Origin: an uncultured Thermococci archaeon
Lineage (GTDB): Archaea > Methanobacteriota_B > Thermococci > Thermococcales > CAYNOZ01
Length of the DNA: 11,159 nt
Assembly: GCA_964436705.1 (NCBI GenBank)
Contig: CAYTEI010000057.1
Location: 1-11,159, forward strand
Reading direction: 5' to 3'
Both the position numbers and the translations under genes were made by a program. The stretch's first letter is position 1. Every line of letters starts with the position of its first letter. Shown here piece after piece: positions 8,127 through 11,159 of this stretch. The notes beneath the pieces are model-generated. The model was not told where the DNA came from. It was given only the letters and a program-made list of their open reading frames with translations, and did no database searches.

Positions 8127-8597
8127 TTATTTGGTTAATACGTGGATTCTTTTAGCCTCAGAAGAAGCATCCACGCCTTCAAGTGCAACACCAACGACTG
8201 CCTCAGACTTCTCAACACTAGTCTCCCCACCAGTATCATTTTCCGTATGACTATGACCACTCCTAGGAGCTAAGTAACCATTACCAGCGCTCACCAACTC
8301 AGCCCCTTCAGAAACACTTTCACCAGAATCAAGCCAAAGAACAGCCGTACAACCAGAGACATCCATAACATTCACCGGCTCACCACCCTCATAACTCTCC
8401 GAGATATTACCAGTCAAAGGATCACTAACCACAGCAACACCAAGAGCCTCCTCACCAGCACCTCCATGTTTCTGCACCTTAGAATCTGTGTTTAGCCCTA
8501 CTAGCATGCCTGGGGTTATGGATTCGGCAGCCTCCGGATAACCTAAATCAACAGGATTTCCACCTGAAACAATCTTATTATCAGGTTTCTCTAACAC
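8127..8597 (-). CDS. ~157 aa Gly/Val/Ser-rich putative capsid decoration/cement protein (DUF2190-like). The track ORF extends to 8672, but its first ~25 residues are a hydrophobic artefact-like extension.
   Basis: Pattern G.LVGLNTD..V...GGAG.EALGVAVVS...G....YEGGEPV.VMDVSGCTAVLWLDSGESVSEGAELVSAGNGYL...EAVVGVALEGV...KRIHVL matches the G/V-periodic DUF2190 family found between scaffold and MCP genes. The GTG at 8595-8597 is preceded by GGAGG (8606-8610) with an 8-nt spacer. Confidence 0.55.
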   Translation of the reverse strand: MLEKPDNKIVSGGNPVDLGYPEAAESITPGMLVGLNTDSKVQKHGGAGEEALGVAVVSDPLTGNISESYEGGEPVNVMDVSGCTAVLWLDSGESVSEGAELVSAGNGYLAPRSGHSHTENDTGGETSVEKSEAVVGVALEGVDASSEAKRIHVLTK

Positions 8598-8664
8598 ACA
8601 AAAAACCTCCAAATATATACACAGAAAAGAACGAACCAAAAAAACAGACACAGAAATTAGATAA

Positions 8665-9114
8665 TTATTCATTTAATGCATAAGCTCCATCATGATGACG
8701 ATTCACTTCAGGATCATTTTCCTCGTTATTTGTTGGTGGCTTCTTCTCTTTCTTCCCCTCAAAGTTGTTACTGGTTCTAAGATCTTCTCTTATTGCCTCC
8801 AAATGATTAAGATCCATCTCCTCATAGAACTCCTTATCCCTATCAGTCTCATCAACCAACTCATTGACAATGGTCTCTTTTTTCTGTTTACTTTCTTTGA
8901 TCCTTTTTTCTTGTACTTCTTTTGCTTTTTTTAGTTCGTTGACTTCTCCAAGTTCTTCGTATTCTTCTAATTGTTGGTTGAGTTCCTGGTTTTCCTCCTT
9001 GATTTCCTGCTTCTTGTTTTGTAGTTCTTTTTTAGTTTCTTGGAGCTCGTTACGTTCTTGTTTTAGTTCATTTATTTGTTTCTCTAATTCTTCGATCTTT
9101 TCTTCTTCACACAT
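8665..9114 (-). CDS. Nested in-frame scaffold protein (149 aa, MCEEEKIEELEKQ...) initiated from an internal start within the protease-scaffold gene
   Basis: An in-frame ATG at 9112-9114 sits exactly at the protease/coiled-coil boundary. It is preceded on the minus strand by AAAAAAGGAGGTGAAAAAAGC-ATG (GGAGGTGA = plus 9122-9129, 7-nt spacer). The frame was checked: (9789-9114) = 675 = 3 x 225. Confidence 0.4.
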   Translation of the reverse strand: MCEEEKIEELEKQINELKQERNELQETKKELQNKKQEIKEENQELNQQLEEYEELGEVNELKKAKEVQEKRIKESKQKKETIVNELVDETDRDKEFYEEMDLNHLEAIREDLRTSNNFEGKKEKKPPTNNEENDPEVNRHHDGAYALNE

Positions 9115-9789
9115 GCTTTTTTCACCTCCTTTTTTGTCTAAATTTATGTCAGGGATCTGGGCTAGGATCATCGAATCAGTAGAATCACTGGAGTTGTTGG
9201 GGATGGGGCCCTTACAAGTGGAACAAGCACCCTCCTCCCCATCCAACAAAATAGCCAAATGATCAACATCATTCAACCGCCTCTCCACAAACTCATACTC
9301 CACACCATCGAACTCACCAGGATCCCTCACCTTATCCGCAAAAAACCCAATAGAAACAGGAAAACTAGAACCCATTAGAAACTCAGTAGCAACTCCTTCA
9401 ACGTCTTCTTTATTAAGATCTAGAACCATCTCAGCAACAATCCTATTCCTTTCCTCATCGAACTCCTGATTCCTCGTAAATCCTTTTTCGAATTCTGGCC
9501 GATTCATACCCCTGATCTTAACGTAATGACCATCTTTCCTCGGATGATTGAATACTACTGGAACATTTTCAAACAGGTTTCTTCTAGCTGCATCTCTGAT
9601 AGCGTTACCAGTCTTCAAATGATCATTATGAACTCCTTCTCGAGTTACTTCAACAGGAACCACTAAGAAACCATCCTCACGATAAACCTCCCTAGAAACA
9701 TCCCGATTCACAAAAACAGAACCCAAATCCACAATACCACAAACCAAATACCCTAAAGAACAGGCACAAAAACAAAGAAAATACATCAA
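8665..9789 (-). CDS. 374 aa prohead protease-scaffold fusion. The N-terminal ~225 aa are a prohead serine-protease-like domain (candidate catalytic His in VVFNHPRKDGH and Ser in GSSFPVSIGFF). The C-terminal ~150 aa are a K/E-rich coiled-coil scaffolding domain.
   Basis: Peptidase_S78 (HK97 gp4/XkdF-like) proteases share an H ... G.S.G.(F/G) arrangement with ~50-65 aa spacing, which is seen here. The C-terminal EEEKIEELEKQINELKQERNELQETKKELQNKKQEIKEENQELNQQLEEYEEL has the heptad-like charged periodicity typical of scaffold proteins. It is the first gene of the operon after an AT-rich intergenic region. The extreme N-terminus (MMYFLCFCACSLGYLVCG) looks artefactual, and the true start may be internal (for example the GTG at ~9709-9711). 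Confidence 0.6.
   Translation of the reverse strand: MMYFLCFCACSLGYLVCGIVDLGSVFVNRDVSREVYREDGFLVVPVEVTREGVHNDHLKTGNAIRDAARRNLFENVPVVFNHPRKDGHYVKIRGMNRPEFEKGFTRNQEFDEERNRIVAEMVLDLNKEDVEGVATEFLMGSSFPVSIGFFADKVRDPGEFDGVEYEFVERRLNDVDHLAILLDGEEGACSTCKGPIPNNSSDSTDSMILAQIPDINLDKKGGEKSMCEEEKIEELEKQINELKQERNELQETKKELQNKKQEIKEENQELNQQLEEYEELGEVNELKKAKEVQEKRIKESKQKKETIVNELVDETDRDKEFYEEMDLNHLEAIREDLRTSNNFEGKKEKKPPTNNEENDPEVNRHHDGAYALNE
9122..9129 (-). promoter_or_regulatory. Internal Shine-Dalgarno GGAGGTGA 7 nt upstream of the in-frame ATG that starts the scaffold domain
   Basis: Read directly. It is the strongest SD match in the window and it lies inside a coding region. Confidence 0.5.
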
Positions 9790-10053
9790 ATATATATCAA
9801 GGAAAAAGAGGGTATCCTACCTGTTCACCCAAAGAAACGGGTTAATAAAACATATATCCTCCTAATATAAAAGCATTATAGTATAACTTCCGAAAAAACC
9901 GATAATAGGTTAAAATCATTATAACAAAATAGAAAAATACAGCATTCAAACAATAAAAATCAATTACGACGAAATATACGTTTTTTAATAAAATAAATAC
10001 AAAAAACATGATAAATAATTGGATACTCATCCTTCAATTTATTCATCCACTCC
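9790..10053 (-). promoter_or_regulatory. AT-rich (~25% GC) intergenic region between the RM-like gene and the structural operon. Probably the operon promoter/leader, and probably the RM gene's terminator.
   Basis: 264 nt with no credible ORF (only a 62-aa hydrophobic shadow). Minus-strand oligo-T runs follow the RM gene stop (TCATGTTTTTTGTATTTATTTTATT). TATA-like stretches lie near the protease start (TTGATATATATTTG). No clean hairpin terminator found. Confidence 0.35.
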
Positions 10054-11159
10054 TCAATCCTCTAATTTATTGAATTTCTGAATAATTTCTCTTTTAATCT
10101 CTTCATTAGTATCTAAAGAATCCAGAACCGTTTCTACCTCATCCTCAGTAAGATCATAAAGATCAAATACAATAGCATCAATCTCATTATCAGTTTCTTG
10201 AATCTCTCTTTCCAGCTTTTCAGCCTTCTCTTTGTTTTCTATGAACTTTTCTAGTCCTGATTCCACGTCTTCAAGTTTCGGTAAAGTCAACTTCTCCAAC
10301 CTATCTATTAGGGAGTTAGTCTTAGTAGCTGTTTCTCTGAAGTTTGCGAATCCACCGGCCTCATCCAAAGCCAGAGAAACAAACTCCTCGATCAAAGGCC
10401 TCAACTTCTCATCAACATCAAACCTCATCGCAGGTACTTTCTCAGTCTTAAAGTAACCCCATTGATCCAACTCATCCTCATCGATACTTTCAGATTCATC
10501 AGGCTTGTAACGAGCAGAAACCTTCAAGACTAAATCATCGTTTCTTTCCTCAAACTCAACACCGCCAATCCTCAAACTATCCCGATCAGCAGAAGTATCA
10601 CTAACAACTTTGTCGGAGAGGCCTTCAACAGGCATATAGAGTTCTCCTAAAGTTTTTCCGTCAGGATCCTCAACTGAAGTTCCTAGATAGTCTAAAATTT
10701 CAAGGTTTATGCCATCCAAATTATCTCTCTTTTCTCTGGCTTCGGATACCAGTTTATTCAACCTCGTGATTTTTTCTTCAGAGTCCACAACAGGTACAGG
10801 ATTGAGATAAGAAGTTTTGAATCGGAAGAAACCTCCCCTCAATCTTGAACTGGTATTAGAAATGAAAAACCAGGTAATTTTGCTATTGAGCTGAGCTAGA
10901 TAATATCTCATTTTTTCTTTAACTTCTAACTCCACTCCGTAACCTGTATCTGCAAAGTAAATACCTCCCTCTCTGTCCAGAGTAAATTCACAGCCATTAC
11001 TTATATCCGGAGTTAGTATCTTCTTTGAATCAAATACTTCTTTTTCTCTCGGACACCACAGTGCGTACCATTTCTCATAATTCATAGAGGATGTCCCACG
11101 GGAAGATAATCGCTTCTTATTGACCTCAAGATAAGAATAAGTCTTTGGATACTCATTTT
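10054..11159 (-). CDS. C-terminal portion (>=368 aa, 5' end outside the window) of a Type IIG restriction-modification enzyme / N6-adenine DNA methyltransferase (BREX PglX-like is possible), with a TaqI_C-like target-recognition domain
   Basis: The reading frame stays open from the annotated ATG (11083-11085) to the window edge (..NEYPKTYSYLEVNKKRLSSRGTSSMNYEKWYALWCPREKEVFDSKKILTPDIS..). This matches the conserved E.YP.iy.YL....kL..R.......WyeL.rpRe...f...KIv.pdi. block. Further hallmarks are LAQLNSKITWFF (LNSK motif), RLRGGFFRFKTSYLNPVPV (RGG..EF....L..LPIP motif) and the C-terminal IDAIVFDLYDLTEDEVETV (vy.LYgLTeEEI..vE). Confidence 0.7.
   Translation of the reverse strand, partial: NEYPKTYSYLEVNKKRLSSRGTSSMNYEKWYALWCPREKEVFDSKKILTPDISNGCEFTLDREGGIYFADTGYGVELEVKEKMRYYLAQLNSKITWFFISNTSSRLRGGFFRFKTSYLNPVPVVDSEEKITRLNKLVSEAREKRDNLDGINLEILDYLGTSVEDPDGKTLGELYMPVEGLSDKVVSDTSADRDSLRIGGVEFEERNDDLVLKVSARYKPDESESIDEDELDQWGYFKTEKVPAMRFDVDEKLRPLIEEFVSLALDEAGGFANFRETATKTNSLIDRLEKLTLPKLEDVESGLEKFIENKEKAEKLEREIQETDNEIDAIVFDLYDLTEDEVETVLDSLDTNEEIKREIIQKFNKLED

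Larger units (their letters stand above)
61..9789 (-). mobile_element. Virus/prophage structural (head plus short-tail/fibre) gene module, a single co-directional operon of 11 genes
   Basis: Gene order is protease/scaffold - decoration - capsid - connector - large structural proteins - fibre with repeats. Genes are tightly spaced or overlapping and several have SD motifs. No portal, terminase or integrase falls within the window, so the element boundaries cannot be placed. Confidence 0.5.

Noticed and set aside
2976-8155. Plus-strand ORFs 2976..3332, 3747..3980, 4132..4452, 4737..4964, 5282..5476, 6609..6848, 7488..7820, 7532..7732, 7741..8046 and 7862..8155
   Set aside because: All are fully embedded antisense within long, well-supported minus-strand genes. 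They are hydrophobic and low-complexity (F/L/S/W-rich) and lack SD motifs. They are consistent with antisense shadows of acidic-protein genes.
8692-9262. Plus-strand ORFs 8692..8934 and 8864..9262 (F/S/L/C-rich)
   Set aside because: They are antisense to the K/E-rich coiled-coil scaffold coding region. Translating the reverse strand of GAA/AAG-rich sequence yields F/L/S runs. No independent support.
9842-10030. 62-aa minus-strand ORF (MSIQLFIMFFVFILLKNVYFVV...) in the AT-rich intergenic region
   Set aside because: Extremely hydrophobic, Phe/Ile/Tyr-rich peptide produced by ~25% GC DNA. No SD. More plausibly non-coding promoter/terminator sequence. A tiny membrane peptide cannot be excluded but nothing supports it.
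10232-10456. 74-aa plus-strand ORF inside the RM-like gene
   Set aside because: Antisense shadow within the TaqI_C-domain coding region. No start context.
1-11159. CRISPR arrays, tRNA or rRNA genes
   Set aside because: No regularly spaced direct repeats of 25-40 nt. Intergenic gaps are short, except 9790-10053, which is too AT-rich and lacks cloverleaf-compatible GC stems.

Overview
Every substantial ORF in this ~11.2 kb window lies on the minus strand. The genes are tightly packed, with 0-60 nt gaps and Shine-Dalgarno motifs of the GGAGG/AGGTGA type just upstream of several starts. I read the window as a tailed-virus or prophage structural module of the HK97/lambda-like kind, preceded in transcription order by a host-type restriction-modification gene.

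In transcription order, from high to low coordinates:
- 10054..11159: the C-terminal part of a Type IIG / N6-adenine DNA methyltransferase-like protein with a TaqI_C-like specificity domain. The motifs LNSK, RLRGGFFRF..YL.PVPV and a C-terminal LYDLTEDEVETV are present. The frame is still open at the window edge, so the gene is truncated by the window.
- 9790..10053: a ~260 nt AT-rich intergenic region, probably the promoter and leader of the structural operon.
- 8665..9789: a prohead serine-protease-like domain fused to a long K/E-rich coiled-coil scaffold domain. A perfect internal AAGGAGGTGA site and an in-frame ATG sit at the domain boundary, suggesting a nested scaffold gene like lambda C/Nu3 or herpesvirus UL26/UL26.5.
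- 8127..8597: a glycine-rich, DUF2190-like putative capsid decoration/cement protein.
- 7156..8109: a 317-aa putative major capsid protein.
- 6728..7096: a gp6-like head-tail connector candidate, followed by a 118-aa protein.
- 3891..6383: an 830-aa structural protein with a Cys cluster.
- 2735..3880: a 381-aa protein.
- 2359..2721 and 2014..2313: two small acidic proteins.
- 61..2001: a 646-aa fibre/adhesin-like protein with four tandem ~48-aa helical repeats and four PD40/TolB-like beta-propeller blades.

No tape measure or major tail protein is visible, which fits a short-tailed (podovirus-like) arrangement. No portal or terminase lies between the RM-like gene and the protease gene. I found no tRNA, rRNA or CRISPR. 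All plus-strand ORFs look like shadow ORFs. Proteins are markedly acidic overall but contain K-rich stretches. The host, bacterial or archaeal, cannot be decided from the sequence alone.
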